Origin: Mustelus asterias
Taxonomy: Eukaryota
Direction of reading: 5' to 3'
Assembly: GCF_964213995.1 (NCBI RefSeq)
Contig: NC_135820.1
Location: 32,426,001 to 32,490,000, forward strand
Length of the DNA stretch: 64,000 nucleotides
Numbering within the stretch: position 1 is the stretch's first letter; every line of letters starts with the position of its first letter. Under the pieces are notes generated by a model. The model searched no databases. It was not told the DNA's origin and saw only the letters and a program-made list of their open reading frames with translations. Shown here piece by piece: positions 1-13,790 of the stretch. Position numbers and translations under genes: made by a program.

Positions 1-1398
1 ATATTCAATTTAATCTATACCAAAGCTAAGATAAACATCTCTGGAAGGTTCATATTTTGAGGCCCAGCATAAAATGGCTTCTCAGTATCTTTAAATTTTC
101 AACAGCTATTATTTGATATGATGTTAAGTATAGATTACGTATCCTCACTGTGAAGGTGTCAGTCAATGAGCCTCATACCTCACTGGACCTACCTCACAAT
201 GCACAAATTCAACATCCTATACTAATTAGGCCAATGCGTTATACCTCTGGAGGAAGAGGGGTTTCAGACAGAATAATTTTCTGTGCTTTAGGCAGAACGT
301 ATTGATTAGCCTATTGATTGGTTTTCCCCTCGTCAATATTCTATGATAAATTACACAATTGATATAGTTTTGTTAAATATTCCTGCATATCCCAATCTAC
401 CTTCCACCCTTCTACAAGTTAACTGTGATTTATGTCAGAAATCTTTGTATCAATGGACTTACACGTATCACTTCTTAGTTACTTTTGATTTAATGCCATT
501 TACTTCAACATAAACGACGACCACTTTAGACGAGGATTGAGAATCAAATGGGTGAAAGAGTGATATGATACATTGCAGGAAATCTCTCCAAATACATATT
601 GCCCCTCTGTCTTATTGTAAATCCACCTGGTTCTATTTATTCTTGCTGGACAAAGCTGTAATTAATATTTTTACCAAGTAGACAAGTTGGTCATATTTCC
701 TCTACGTGAAATTTAATGTAAAAATAAACACAAAGATTGGTCTAACATGGACTGAAATTGCTAAAGGACAACTTGTCCTTGTTTGCTCTGAGCGTAGATA
801 ATGTGAGCACAGTATTTGACTGCACCACAGGAGGAGATGGATAGCCTCGTAAGATAGAGGACAGAGGAGAAACTTAATTTCTACCTGGCACAATCTAAGT
901 CGTGGCCTTACTAGAGAAAAATCAATCACCAGACCATGAAAGAGAAGTGCATCAGTAAACTCAGGATTAGCAATGGAGGTTATGATTGACATTGGAAATC
1001 TAGCCTAAAAACGTCCAAATGAATAGTCTACATCTGGCTTGTCCAAAGTAGAGCCTGTGGGCTGGATGCGAATTCTGTGTGGCCTCTGACACCAAAATCC
1101 TGGTCAAAGAGGTGAGTTTCAATGGAAGATTCTTCTTGTAGCTGTTCCTCCATTCACAAGCCAGTCTTCTCTCGCTTATACTTCTGCTAGGAGGACCTCT
1201 GAGCCTATCAGTTACTAATCAGGGAGAGAAACAGTGTCTGATTGGAGGGCTGCCGGGCTCTTGGAAGCGAAGCAATGGCTAGGCGGTGGCCAAGGGAGCC
1301 AGGTATATCTGACCCAGAGAGGACGAGTCTTGTCGGGGCCGGGGAGAGCCAGTTTCATTCAGGAAATGTCATCATTTGTTGTTGTTTGAACGGTATTA

Positions 1399-1515
1399 AA
1401 GACAGAAGAAAGGCACATTTATATAGACTCGTCATGTATTCAAGAGATCCCAAAGACTTCACATCCAATGAAACACTTCTATAAGTTCAGTCACTGGTGT
1501 TACGTAGACAAATGG
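1399..1515 (-). mobile_element. DeuSINE/L2-type 3' tail fragment
   Basis: Minus strand reads ...AGTGACTGAACTTATAGAAGTGTTTCATTGGATGTGAAGTCTTTGGGATCTCTTGAATACATGACGAGTCTATATAAATGTGCCTTTCTT, resembling the tail at 29535-29610. Confidence 0.45.
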
Positions 1516-3874
1516 AAAATTCAGTGTCTGGCAATTACATCAAGGATGCTCTTGTTCCTTGTCATATCTCATCTGGAATTGTACATGGAAACCGTATTTA
1601 TGCCCGTTAATGGAGTTTCTGCTCCACTTGTTGCAAAGTTATGGTGTCATTAATAATCTATATGGTATTCAGGTGTGCTATTGACAAGTCATCATACTTG
1701 GCTTTCTGTGGAGGTGCTTAGCAGGGCCATAAGCAAAACAGTTGAAGTACTTCTGAATCCAATATAGACTGAAATGTCTGTCGAATCTACTTAAGTCCGA
1801 GATTCACTACGCAGAATGGAGTTTTGGAATAGTTTATTGCCACAGTGAAAACCTTGATGAGTTTCAACCGCAGCAATGCATCTATAATTTTGGAGTGTTG
1901 CTTAAAATAGCGCATTGGTCTGTCTACAAAAGTCAAAAGTGAAAGTTACATTTGAATGGATCTGCCAATCATCCCCATGCTTCCAGTTCATAATGAAGCC
2001 TTCACCAAGACTAGCTATCTATTTTTATCCATCCGTCAATCAATTCTGTTCACAGGAGGGAACATCTGAATCATCGGGCAATTAGGTCAAGAGTTGGCTA
2101 ATGGAAAGGAGTCAGATTCAATACATTCTAAAAATGTTGATGCTGGAAAAAGTCAGCATGTCATCCCAACACTTCAAAAAAAATAGAAAATACCTCTGAT
2201 GAAACTCTTATGGATTACAATGCAGCTGCATTTTCCTGCAGGTTACAGTGCCTACACTACATTTTCTCTTCTTCATTATTTGAATTATCGGGTATATATA
2301 ATTATGAGTGAAAGACTATTTTAAGGTAGAAATAGAAGGTTAAGAAGGTTTTCAGATTTTGCAAAGAGACAGGTACTGGCGAGACATGATCAGATCAACA
2401 TTTGATGGATTTGTGTGATCCATTATATCTTTTATGAAATCTAATTACTTTTTTATGTATGGGTCTAGCCTGAAGAAAGCAAGAGCTTTGTTGCTGACAA
2501 CAGCAAAATGCTAGCGGAAGACCCAGTGCCTGCCATCATGATCAGACAAGCCCTGTTCATCCTGTACAGATTCAAACATGATACATCAGACAAATGTGCA
2601 GAAATAATTGAGTAGGCTCATTTTCTTGATGCTCCACTCTTAATGTGAAGTTACTTAATTCAAGTTGTCTGCACATTCTAAATTCAATTTGGCAAAAACG
2701 CTTCATGTACGATCACAATTACTTAATATGGGCTACTGGATAATTAGATTTTTTTCAAGTTAAAACGTTTGAATTAACAGTGGACTATTTTATTTTAATA
2801 TAGATTATATTGTAAGCATATAGGAAACAGCTGCAGGTTTCTATTTCAGCTGGTTGACATTTTCTGCCCATGATCTTTGATATATTTTCACCCCTTTCGG
2901 TTTACTGCTTCATCTAAGCTCACTGTTCTTTCGGGTTATTTTTTCTCTGTTCGTCACTTTCAATATCCCATTGTTTTAGGTGAGATTAGAAAATAAAATG
3001 GCTGTCATAATTCTCTGATCAAATCTACAGAGTCCTAATATGCACTGGACTATGTATAGAATCAAAGAATATGGCCTATCGTGTCTACACCATGTAGATG
3101 GAGAAAGAACTACAACAATGATTTAACAACAATGGCAATAGTGGCTTTAAAATGGCTATTCTGGCTGAGAGTTAAGCATGCTGGGATTTTTGGTCAACTT
3201 ATAATTAAACCAGATGCAGGTCGCAAACTTGCTCTGGGTCAGGTATCTGTTCTGGGATCTGTGATCTGAAGCTTCCTGTGTTGGTCAAATATGGGAAGTT
3301 GTTTACATTGACTCAGACATCGTGGCCTCAAATTTTACTGTCGTTATGTATGGTACATGTCATGTGAAGAAAGTGTAATGGTGTCATTCACAAGTAATTT
3401 CATTGGATGTGCAAGTCATGTGATCCATTTCTGGTTACACAGTTGGCTAGATGACAGGGAAACCTTGGAAGCAAGTGCAGGATTTGTAGATAAAAGACAC
3501 TGCAGTCTTTTGTTTGCTAGCGACAACTCTATAGAGATTAACCATTGTAAGATATGTGAAGATATTTTCCTCTACATCGGAAATATTTCATGGCCAAGGT
3601 TTTTCCTAAACTAGGTAGTATCTATTTTCAGTTAAATAATTAAAGTTAATGTTCTGTTAAGGTTAAGGTTCAGTTAAGAGTTAAAGTTCAGTAAAATAGT
3701 TAGTGAGTTGCAACTGTTTATGTTTTAGTTGATACCGGAAGAGTTAAATAAAGAAAAAAATTGTTGAATGAGTTAAAGAGTCAACTACTGTTCTTGTTTG
3801 TCTCATTAAACTGGAATGCTTGGAAGGTGTTTAAATAAAAAGCGGAATAACAACCGGCTTTCTATATAACCATT

Positions 3875-4670
3875 ATGATTTAGTGCCATTCTCTTGCCTT
3901 TTCTCCATAACCTTGCACATTGTTTCTATTTGAATAATGACCTAATGCTCTCTCTTGAATGCCTCGATTGAACCAGCTTCCATCACACTGCTAGGCAGCG
4001 CATTCCAGACCTTGAATCACTCACTGTGTGAAAAACTATTTTCTCACGTCACATTTGCTTTTTTTTACAATTCACTGTAAATCTGTGCCCTCACTTTCTT
4101 AATCCTTTTACGATTGGGAACAATTTCTCCACAACTACTCTATCTAGTCCCCTCATGATTTTGAATGCCTCTATCTAACCTCTTCTTAGCTTTCTGCTCT
4201 CCAAGGAGAACAGTCCCAACCTCTCAAATCTATCCTCATATTTGAAGTTTCACATCCCGGGGCCCAATCTTGTGAATCTCTTCTGCATGCTCTGCAACGC
4301 ATTCACATCCTTCCTATACTGTGGTGCCCAGAACTGTACACAATATACGCAATACTTAAGTTAAGGTCTAACTAATGTCTTACATAAGTTCAACATAATG
4401 TCCTTGCCCCGGCAATATCCACTCACATTTCATTCAATATCTTTGGATGCATTTCACCCGATCCCAGTGCCTTATCAACTTTAAGTACCGATTGTTTACC
4501 CAACACTTCCTCCTTATCGATTTTGAACCCTTCTGCGGACAGAGTTTTCTCCTCTAACACCATGGCCTGGGTAGCATCTACCTCGTGGGTAAAGACGGAT
4601 ACAAAGTATCGATTTAAAACCTCAGCCATGCCCACCACCGCCATGTGTAAATTCCCTTTTCGGTCCTTAA
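3875..4670 (-). mobile_element. CR1 LINE fragments (ORF2 C-terminus plus mid-ORF2 piece)
   Basis: ORF 4423-4644 (MAEVLNRYFVSVFT...LKVDKALGSGEMHPKILNE) is the CR1 linker before RT. 3875-4410 matches the decayed C-terminus of the CR1 copies at 21.5 and 42 kb. Confidence 0.8.
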
Positions 4671-6263
4671 ACTGGAAGGATGGGATTTCTTAGGAGTTTT
4701 TTTGAAGGTTGGGGAGATGTCGGAAAATTTTCTAAGAGGACGTTATTAATCCAAGAAAATGCGTGACTAACACAATCTCCATTTATTCTGCACAAACAAT
4801 AGAAGAGATATTCGAGCCACAATTCTCATAGTTCCTCAGCCTCCCCTTTAGTAAGGGTGACCACTCCCGTGGCTTTCATTTCAAGTTGTCTCTGAATAGT
4901 TAAATCATGAAAAGAACACCAAGCAATCACAATACAGCAAACCCACTTGGGAACACACTGCAGTAATGTTCAAGTTTGACCAAGACAACATAACCCTGCC
5001 TTTTGTTCAGAATTGCCCAGTGCAATTTGGAAAACAAAACTGTGACATACAAATTCAGAGCTTTACTTAGTTGTTATACTGAGCGAGCTGTTCAGGGAAT
5101 TGATCTGTCTTTCAGGTCAGTGTACAGCAGATGACATAGTTCAACCAAGGATTACTTAGTATATTGAAGTCGGTATAAGTCTCGTTCATATTTTCTATGA
5201 AAGGGAAGAGCGCAGATTTATATTGTAAAGGAATTTGGTGCAAATCTACATGTGCAGATTGTTGATGCTAGGAAAGGGATTAACAACATTTATTCATTTC
5301 AGTGGATCTAATTCCCTTGCATTACATTCACCAAACTGGAATTACTCTGTGGGCATTTGTGTCTTTTGACATAATGAAAAGGTCTACTAATCTCAAAGAT
5401 AAATCATTACACTGAGTAGAATCTGCCAATGAAGGAACACTGGAACAGGAGAGCCTGTTTTGCCCATCCTGTTATTTTGGATTTCATTGAATTCACTCAT
5501 TTCAATAAGAATGTGTTCAAAACTACCATAAAGTCTACAGAACAATTTTGTTAGGTTCATCAAGAATCCTGAAAATGAAACTGGAGTCCACCAAAATAAT
5601 GGAGACTAATTCAGAGTTTTCCTCATATTGTTCCCTGTCTATCAAGATTTGTCACACACTTGTTCAGGGGTGCTTTACATTAATGAAATGCCATTGAGGA
5701 GGAGAAAAAAAAGGGGTAATCCTGACTTTAATGTCTGATATAAATGTCCTGGAAACCCAAACAGCTTCAGATTTTGAAAGCTAGAAGCTGAAAAATTAAC
5801 AGTAAACATACAGAGCTGTATTCTCTCATTTTCAGCAAAGGGAATCATGGACCTCTGGCCTTGAGACAAAGCATCAAGATGGAAAGTAAATAGTGGCACT
5901 TTGGCCCATACAGTTTGCTGGAGTATTTCACCCAAAGGACTGCTTCATATAATGTAAAACTGTGATAAACCATCCAACTCATTCTGAAGCCTGACCCATC
6001 TTCACATGTAAGTAGTCTATCCAACAGAGCCTGTCCCACACTACAGCTTGTTTAATAAAATAATCTCCCATCTGTCTCATAGAACTTCACTGAAGACTTG
6101 ATGACAAGCTGTCATTTCCCAAGCGATGCAAGACTAGAACAGAAAACTGAGCCTTAATTTAGCTTCAATGAGCTAACAACAGAAATCATAAAAAATTGAT
6201 GGTCAGGCAGTGAAAGGGATTTCATTAAGGACATATTCAAAGGAATTTTCTGGCTATCTGTGC

Positions 6264-6434
6264 CGGCAGGATTTTCCGGTCCTGCTGACGTGCAGATCCA
6301 CCGCCGGTTTCTGAGCAGCGTGGGGTGGAATCACTGGGAAATCCCATTAATAGCGTCGGGACTGGAAGATCCCACCACTGGTGAACAGTGCACCACCAAA
6401 AAACACGTGGTCGGGAAGCTAGAGAATCCTGCTC
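6264..6434. mobile_element. Short MITE with Harbinger-like terminal inverted repeats
   Basis: Begins GCAGGATTTTCC and ends GAGAATCCTGC (imperfect TIR). GC-rich island in AT-rich DNA. Confidence 0.55.
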
Positions 6435-7325
6435 ATTATTTCTCCCATTCCACAAAGGCTTTGATACAAGTAAAAGAGCAACACTGAAGAGAATCTCTGA
6501 CAGCTCACAGTAACTGTTCTTCAACTGAAATAAAGATAAAATGCTCTTCCTCAAGAGGAAACCTTTTCAGTGTGGAACACAGGAATAGGAAAATGCATTT
6601 TGACTCTCAAGCCTGTTCTGCCATTCACTGAGATCTTGGTTGACCTGTGATCTAACTCAATATAAGAGTGCCCATATCCCTTAAAACATCTGGATAACAA
6701 AATCTATCCATATTATGTGTAATAATGACAATTAATCTAGCATTAAATTGGCATTTCAGGAAGAGTGGTCCAATTTTTAAATTTGCAGGTGACATCAAAT
6801 TGGTGAGGAATAGTCAATACCAAAGAGGGCTGCAACAAATTACAGGAGGAAATTAATAAACTTTCAGAATGGGCAAATAATTGGCAACTGAAGTTCAACA
6901 CGAATAAATGCAAGGTAACACATTTTGGTAGGAAGAATAGGGAGGTCACTTATTTTGGAAGGCACAAGTTGAGATGGGGAAGTGTGGGGGAACAAAGAAT
7001 CTCGGAGCACAAATGCATCAATCACTAAAAGTTGTGATATAAGTTAGCAAGACTATAAATAAAAGGCAAACCGAACACTTCTTAATGTCTGGAGGGATAG
7101 AATTGAAATGTAGGACAGTTAGACTGAACATGTTTTGAACCTTGGTTAGACTCCATTCAGAGAACTGTATTGTGTGCAGTTCTGGTTGCGTAGTATAGAA
7201 AGGATATAGAGGCACTGGAAAGAGTGTAGGGAATATTCACAAGGATGACAGCAGAAATGATACATGAATCAGGAAAAGGTTAACAGGCTGTGCGTCTCCT
7301 CTACCTGGAAAAAAGACATGACTTA

Positions 7326-8137
7326 GGCAGCAGGGAAGAAGCTGTTCTTCAGTCGGTTGGTTGGTGTCCTCAGACTTTTGTACCTTTTCCCTGATGGAAA
7401 AAGATGGAAGAGAGTATGTCCGGGATGCATGGGGTCCTTGATTATGCTACTGCTTTTCTGAGGTAGCGTGAAGTGTAGACAGTGTCAGTGGGTGGGAGGC
7501 TGGTTTACATCATGGACTGAGCTTTGTTCATGACCCTTTGTAGTTTATTATGTGCGATCTTGGGCAGAGTAGGAGCCATACCAAGCTGTGATACAACCAG
7601 AAAGAATGCCTGGATATGTGAATTGGGAAAAGGTTGACAGGCTGTGTGCATCTCCTCTATCTTGAAAAAAAGGGTGATTTAGGCAGCAGTGAAGAAGCTG
7701 TTCTTCAGTCGATTGGAAGGATCCTGGCTTTTGCATCTTTTTCCTGATGGAAAAGGATGGAAGAGAGTATGTCTGGGGTGCATCTGTAAAAGTTGATGAG
7801 AGTCGTAGCAGACAGACCAAATTTCCTTAGCCTCCTGAGAAAGTAGAGGCGTTAGTGGGCTTTCTTAATGATAGCATTGGCATGGGAGGACCAGGACAGG
7901 TTGTTGATGATCTGGACAGCTAAAAATTTGAAGCTCTCAACCATTTCTACTTAGTCCCCATTGATGTAGGCAGGGGTATGTTCTCCACTATGCTTCCGCT
8001 TCCTGAAGTCGATGACTATCTCCTTCATTTTGTTGACATTGAGGGAGAGATTATTGTCGTTGCAGCAGTTCACCAGATTCTCTATCTCTTTCCTGTTCTC
8101 CGCCTTGTCATTGATTGAGATCCGACACACTACCATG
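7326..8137 (-). mobile_element. Rex1/Babar LINE, inverted 5' part
   Basis: ORFs 7951-8136 (NDNNLSLNVNKMKEIVIDFRK) and 7548-7820 (ILSGCITAWYG) are Rex1/Babar RT C-terminal motifs. Confidence 0.8.
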
Positions 8138-8329
8138 TTCCTGCTGCCATCAGACTTTTGAATGGACCTACCTTCGATCTTTCTCTACATCCTAGCTATG
8201 ACTGTAACACTACATTCCGCACTCTCTCCTTTCCTTCTCTATTTACAGAATGCTTTGTTTGTATAGTGCACAAGAAATGATACTTTTCACTGTATACTAA
8301 TACATGTGACAATAATAAATCAAATCAAA
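8138..8329 (+). mobile_element. Rex1/Babar LINE 3' end
   Basis: TTCCTGCTGCCATCAGACTTTTGAATGGACC...CATGTGACAATAATAAATCAAATCAAA. The same sequence occurs at 28559-28789 and 23131-23280. Confidence 0.8.
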
Positions 8330-9063
8330 AATTAATAGATGCCTTTGAAATGCAGCAAGATTTTGATAAAGCAGAGAAAATCAGAATGTTTTCGCTTGTG
8401 AGGATGAACATAACTAGAGGCCATCAATATAAAATAGTCACCAAGAAATTCAAAAGGGAATTAAGGAGAAATGTTCTCATCCAATGAGTTCTAAAAAATT
8501 GGAACTCGCTACCACAGGGAGTGGTAAGTAAATAGTATAGATGCATTTAAGGGGAACCTTGACCAGCATCTGAAGAAGAAGGGAATAGTTACTTTGATTC
8601 AGCTGAGAAAAGATGGGAGGAAGCTTGAGTGGAGCATAAACACTGGCATATGGACTTGATAGGCCAAATGGCCCGTTTCTGGACAATATATCCTTAAGAC
8701 AGCCAAAGCTATGTAGGGAAGTGAGGCTATGTGTTGACAGGTCACTAGACAACTGTGCAATCAAGTATGTATTTACTCCATTAGCAAATGAGATAAGCAC
8801 ACATCAAAATATCATTAAAGGATTTCTCTGAAAACCAGACTGAAATGCAGGCCAGCTGCATCTCCATCTTGATTTCACGTACATTTGTATATATACACCC
8901 AAATTGTCTTCTAGCAATGTAAATAATTAAATATTTGGCATTTTGTGAACATGTACATAAAGGTACATGGCTCAACTCTTTTGAAACTTGATGCTAAACT
9001 CATCATTTTGATAATTGAATTTTATGGCATAGGCCATAATCTCAAATGCTATAGGGATATCCT

Positions 9064-9343
9064 GGGTGGCACGGTGTAAACAGTGGTCCGATTCTGGCTT
9101 TAGGTAAACGTCTGTGTGGAGTTTGCATGTTCTCCTCGTGTCTGCATGGGTTTCCTCTGGGTGCTCCAGTTTCCTCCCACAGTCCAAAGATGTGCAGGTC
9201 AGGTGGATTAGCCCTGGTAAATGCGTGGGGTTATGGGGATTGGGGAGGAGTTGGAGCTGATTATGATGCTCTTTTAGAGAATTGATACAGACTCAATGGG
9301 CTGAATGGCCTCTTTCTGCACTGTAGGGATTCTATGGTTCTAT
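9064..9343 (+). mobile_element. V-SINE (HE1-like), CR1-type tail
   Basis: Partly deleted tRNA head, V-domain (GGGTTTCCTCTGGGTGCTCCAGTTTCCTCCCACAGTCCAAAGATGTGC), tail GGGCTGAATGGCCTCTTTCTGCACTGTAGGGATTCTATG. Confidence 0.9.
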
Positions 9344-10050
9344 ATGCTGTGGGAATTATACCAATCCCCTATCGTAACACCAGCAGGAAACAGGGTGAAC
9401 TTGCACACAATATTAACTCTTGTGTGCTTGTATGCAGAGTCAGGAACATTCAGATCACTTCAACGCAAATTGTACTAATCTCAGACAGGATAATGATTCT
9501 AATTCTTTCTTTTAGATTTGGCCTCAGAACTATGTTAGATGTTAAGTAAGCATTGTGTCACTATGACTGAATCTATGTATTAGGCCTTACTATGTGCTTA
9601 ATGAAATGGCAATTCAGCTGGACAACAGGCCATTTTTTATTTTTTGCACCTGTACTGCTATCCTATTTTCCAAAGGATTATCCAACAACTTGGTTAAATA
9701 CATTTCAGGATTGCTTAAATTCTTCCTCTACAACTTTGCTGATGAACACCCTTTTAATGTCTGAAGTCTAATCTCCATGTAATGGTTGTGACCTGAGACA
9801 CAGCAACTAGCCTGCGCTTTTCCCCAATTTGTGACTATGCATGCCTTAATTTGTAGACCTAAAAGCCTAGAGTTATCTTGGAGAGGCAATTTGTAAGTGA
9901 TTCTTCAGTTTGTTCATCATTTTTAAAAATCTGATAACATGTTAAAAATATTGCCGGCTTGCTCAGCATTGCATATGGTACATTTTCTATTCTTCACATC
10001 CTTCACTTCAAAAAAATCTCATATTACTTTTCCTATTGCTATTTAAATCG

Positions 10051-11025
10051 AATGGTTATATCACTAGACTAATGGTCCAGAGAACCTGAGTACAAATCCT
10101 GGTAAGAAGTTTAATAACACCAGGCTAAAGTCCAACAGGTTTATTTGGCAGCAAAAGCCACACTTTGCTACCAAATAAACCTGTTGGACTTTAACCTGGT
10201 GTTGTTAAACTTCTTACTGTGTTTACCCCAGTCCAACGCCGACATCTTCACATTACAAATCCTGGGACAGCAGCTAGAGTAATTTATATTGATTTAATTA
10301 AGTAAATCTGGAATAAAATGTAGGATCAGTAATAGCAATTATGCAGCTGTTGATTCCTATGAAAACCCATCTGGTTCACTCATATCCTTTAGGGAAGGAA
10401 ATCTGCTGCCCTCACCTGCTCTGGCCTACATGTGACTCCAGACCCACAGCAATGTGGTTGATTCTCAACTTCACCCTGAAATGGCCTAGCAAGCCACTTA
10501 GCTGTACCAAAACTGTGACAGAAAAGTCAAAATGGAATAAAACCTGGCGACCGCCCAGTGGAAAAATAACGGCCCATTCGACCCTGCAAAATCTTCCTTC
10601 TCAACTTCCGGGGGCTTGTGCTGAAATTGGGAGAGCTGTCCCACAGATGAGTCAATTAAGTGCCTGAAATAGTTACACTCACCAAATGACACCTTACGCT
10701 CAATGTCCGTATCATATCCAATACCCTATTCCCCTGGCAAGGTAGAATCAGTGGAGTGATATATAGTCAGAAAGGAATTACCCCAAGTGTCCTCAGCATT
10801 GACGCCAGGCTCAATAAAGCCATGGAATAAGATCAAACATGGGCAAGGAAAATTCCTACTGATTCCCACCTATTGCCCTCCCTCAGCTGATGAATCAATA
10901 CTCCTTCATGTTGAACACCACATGGAAGAAACACAGAGTAGCAAATGCACAGAACATGCTCTGGTTGGACTTCAATGCCCATCATCAAGAATGGCTCAGT
11001 AGAACCCTTATTGACCTAGCTAGTA
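10051..11025 (+). mobile_element. CR1-group LINE 'family B', 5' part (tRNA-like head, 5'UTR, APE endonuclease)
   Basis: ORF 10787-11002 (KHGQGKFLLIPTYCPPSADESILLHVEHHMEE) is APE-like. The 5'UTR is shared with 61781-62140, 52505-52783 and 36690-36900. Confidence 0.75.
10103..10253. mobile_element. Penelope pLTR-derived hairpin insertion (family 1)
   Basis: Inverted arms of about 50 bp plus a one-sided tail. TSD TACAAATCCTGG at 10091-10102 and 10254-10265. Confidence 0.85.
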
Positions 11026-11034
11026 CTGTGCAAC

Positions 11035-11200
11035 TATTGGCTTGAGAGGCCATTCCAAAGGAATGTTAAGAGTCAACCACATGGTGTGCATCCAAAACAC
11101 ATGTAGGTCAAACTAGGCAAGGATGCAGTTTTCCTCCTCTAAAGGACATGAGTGAACCAGATGCGTTTTTGCGATATTTAGATGGTTTCATGGTCACAAT
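11035..11200 (-). mobile_element. Family B 5'UTR fragment
   Basis: Reverse-complement match to about 10330-10500. Confidence 0.65.
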
Positions 11201-13790
11201 TCCTCACCATTTTCTAAAGTCTTGTGTCTGGAACATGGCTGCTTGCTGTTGCACTGCTAACTTGGCCAGTCCCTGAGGATTGCTGCTCTAAATGGACAGA
11301 TCACAGGTAATTGCAGTGGCCCAATATAATGTTGCGGTCACTCAGAGGCCAGTTGTGACTGTTTGTAATGTTCAGGCTCTGAGCAAATAACAAGCATACC
11401 AACTCAGTTGTACATCTGTGACAAACGTGACACATGAAGCACGTGACACATACCAAATGCACAGACAAGCTGCGCTCAGGCTATTTTGTGCATCCACTGG
11501 TTAGAAAAACATGAGGTGGGGGAGGAGCAGTCGGGACTTTGTATCAAGCAAAGTTTATTTAAGAAAATGGTTAACATGTATGGTAATAAAATTAACAATA
11601 ACTTTTATCAATTATAAACAAAACAAATCAACCACGATAATGTAAAACCCTTAACAAATATATTCAAAGTGTTCCAATCAAACAAAACTTCCCATAGACA
11701 AAATCCTTTTCACAGGTTTAACACAGCAAGGACTAATGCTCATGTGCTACTGCAACTGAGTCCTTTGATTGGAGAATTGAAACCCTGACTTCTCAGCCTT
11801 GTAACTTCTAGCAGCCCTCTGATACACCCAGAACAGTTTAAAGTCAGAATAGCTTCTCAGAACACCAGGGTGAGACTCTGGTCAAGCCACCAACATCAGA
11901 CTTTCTACTCCAGGAAGGCAAGAAGCCTTGATTTCAGCTAACCAGCAGAATTTCCAAAACCAGGAAGAGAGAGAAAAACACTTCTTTTCAGCTTGATGTC
12001 CCTTCTAAAACAAAGGCTGCAGCTAGCCAAACAGAAAATGAAACCTTAAATTCACTAGGAAGACAAGAATCCTGTCCCAAAATACATGACTTGCCAACCA
12101 GTCTTCCTCCTAACACTGCAGGGGCATAGAAAATCCCAGAGTAAAAATAAACAGTCCCATTTAATCCATTGAGTAGCAATAAAAGGACTTCGACAGACCA
12201 ATGAGAGGTGAGGCTGTGAGAGTTGCAGAGAACATGATTTTAAAAGAAATTCTCTTAAAGGTACACTAACAGCATAAATTTATTTTAGCAACTTACTGTA
12301 TCTGTGCATTAATTGCCCATTAAACTCTCCAGTTTAAGTCTAAGCATACCTTTAATGATATGGTAAATGTTAATGGCTTTAAATCAACCTCTCTGGCACT
12401 GAAAATTAACTATCACAAATAAGGAGTTCCACTACTTCAGATTTCAAATTCTTTGGGATCATTCCAAAAATGTCAAATTTGAAATCTAAAATACTTACTT
12501 AATACCCTTTGTGTCTCTTTTCTCTTGCTCGGTTCAATATTTATTTCTCTCCCTTTATTTCTCTTTCTATAGTGGAGTTGACAGTTAGGTTCACCCACTC
12601 TAGTTCACCCTTTATTTTGGTCCTTTCCCTGTTCATTTCTCAATTTCATCCTTCATTGATTAAGGATATAGTTTGTTGGTTGTTCTATTCGCTCAGGTCC
12701 CAGATGCCCTGGGCTATTACTGGCTCACACGCAAAGCAACTTTGAGAAAACTTTTGTTTTTGAGTTGCTTCATGTAGGGGCCAGTCCAACCAATGACAGA
12801 CTGTTAGATGTGTTTCTATGCAAAATATGGTCCATTTTTTAAATGCCCTTGTGAGCATTTCCTTGGGTTGCTAGTACAGATATCTAGGAGGTTAATATTT
12901 AATTCCTGCAGACTATAACACAATTCTTGAAGATTGGTACCCCTTTCCATCATCAGAAGTTAAAATCACCCCCAGAATCTTGTCCTGGTTCCTCCCAGAC
13001 CCTGAAAGCTGTCACCCATTTGATTAAAGTCTGTGTACTGGGCGCTTGCGTTAACCAGACAAGTAGCAGGGTAAATTTGGTTCATATTTTATTTACCAGT
13101 TACTGCAGTACAGGTAGCACTGCAGAGCTGCACTTACAAAAGGTGCTATGATAACGGGTTGTTTTGCAAAGGGATCCTTCTTTGAAGAATGCATGAATGT
13201 TTGGAAGAGAATTTTTGAACCAAATGCTAGGCGAATGCTTTTGCCCTTGCATGAAATATTCAGTAGGAATCAATTGTACTGTCTTAACTATGTCTCTGAG
13301 AACCAGAGGGGATATGTATGATTTCAGGATATATTTAATCAGAATAATAAAGCAGTTTTTTTTATATGAACTTGGCAGCAAATAGCCAAAGGCTCCCCCT
13401 TGGCACCTAGCATGCACTGCTAGCCACACTGCTGACATTTATGCAAGATTAAAGCTACATAGTTTCATATATTAAGGGCTTCATAAACAGAGCTGCACAT
13501 ATCTTCCGCAGTAAAGTGCTAGCAAGCATATTAAATAGGCATTTCCTTCAGCTCAATGCAGACATTATTAGCCAAACAGAATTCAGTGTGGACTCTATGT
13601 ATTACAGAGAATTACATAACTATAAAGCACAGAAACAGGCCATTTGGCTAAATTAGTCCATGCTGCTGCTTATGTTAATCCTGTACCTTCTCCCATCCTA
13701 ACCCGATAAGCACATCCTTCATCCAGTTCTCCTTTGTGTGCTCTCCTAAGACAATTGAGAGTTGTAGAGGACATGCTAAATGCCTCCTAG

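Larger units (their letters stand above)
6770..8690 (+). mobile_element. Decayed CR1 3' portion interrupted by a Rex1 insertion at 7326-8329
   Basis: KFAGDIKL...EWANNWQLKFNTNKCKVTHFGRKN motifs at 6780-6940. CR1 resumes at about 8330 and ends in the tail GGCCAAATGGCCCGTTTCTG at about 8680. Confidence 0.8.

Noticed and set aside
2469-2614. Possible short exon on either strand
   Set aside because: Short open frames with plausible AG sites, but no recognisable homology or partner exons.
11500-12271. Possible long solo LTR (also about 34900-35690 and 50400-50830)
   Set aside because: LTR-like composition, but both termini and a TSD could not be fixed.
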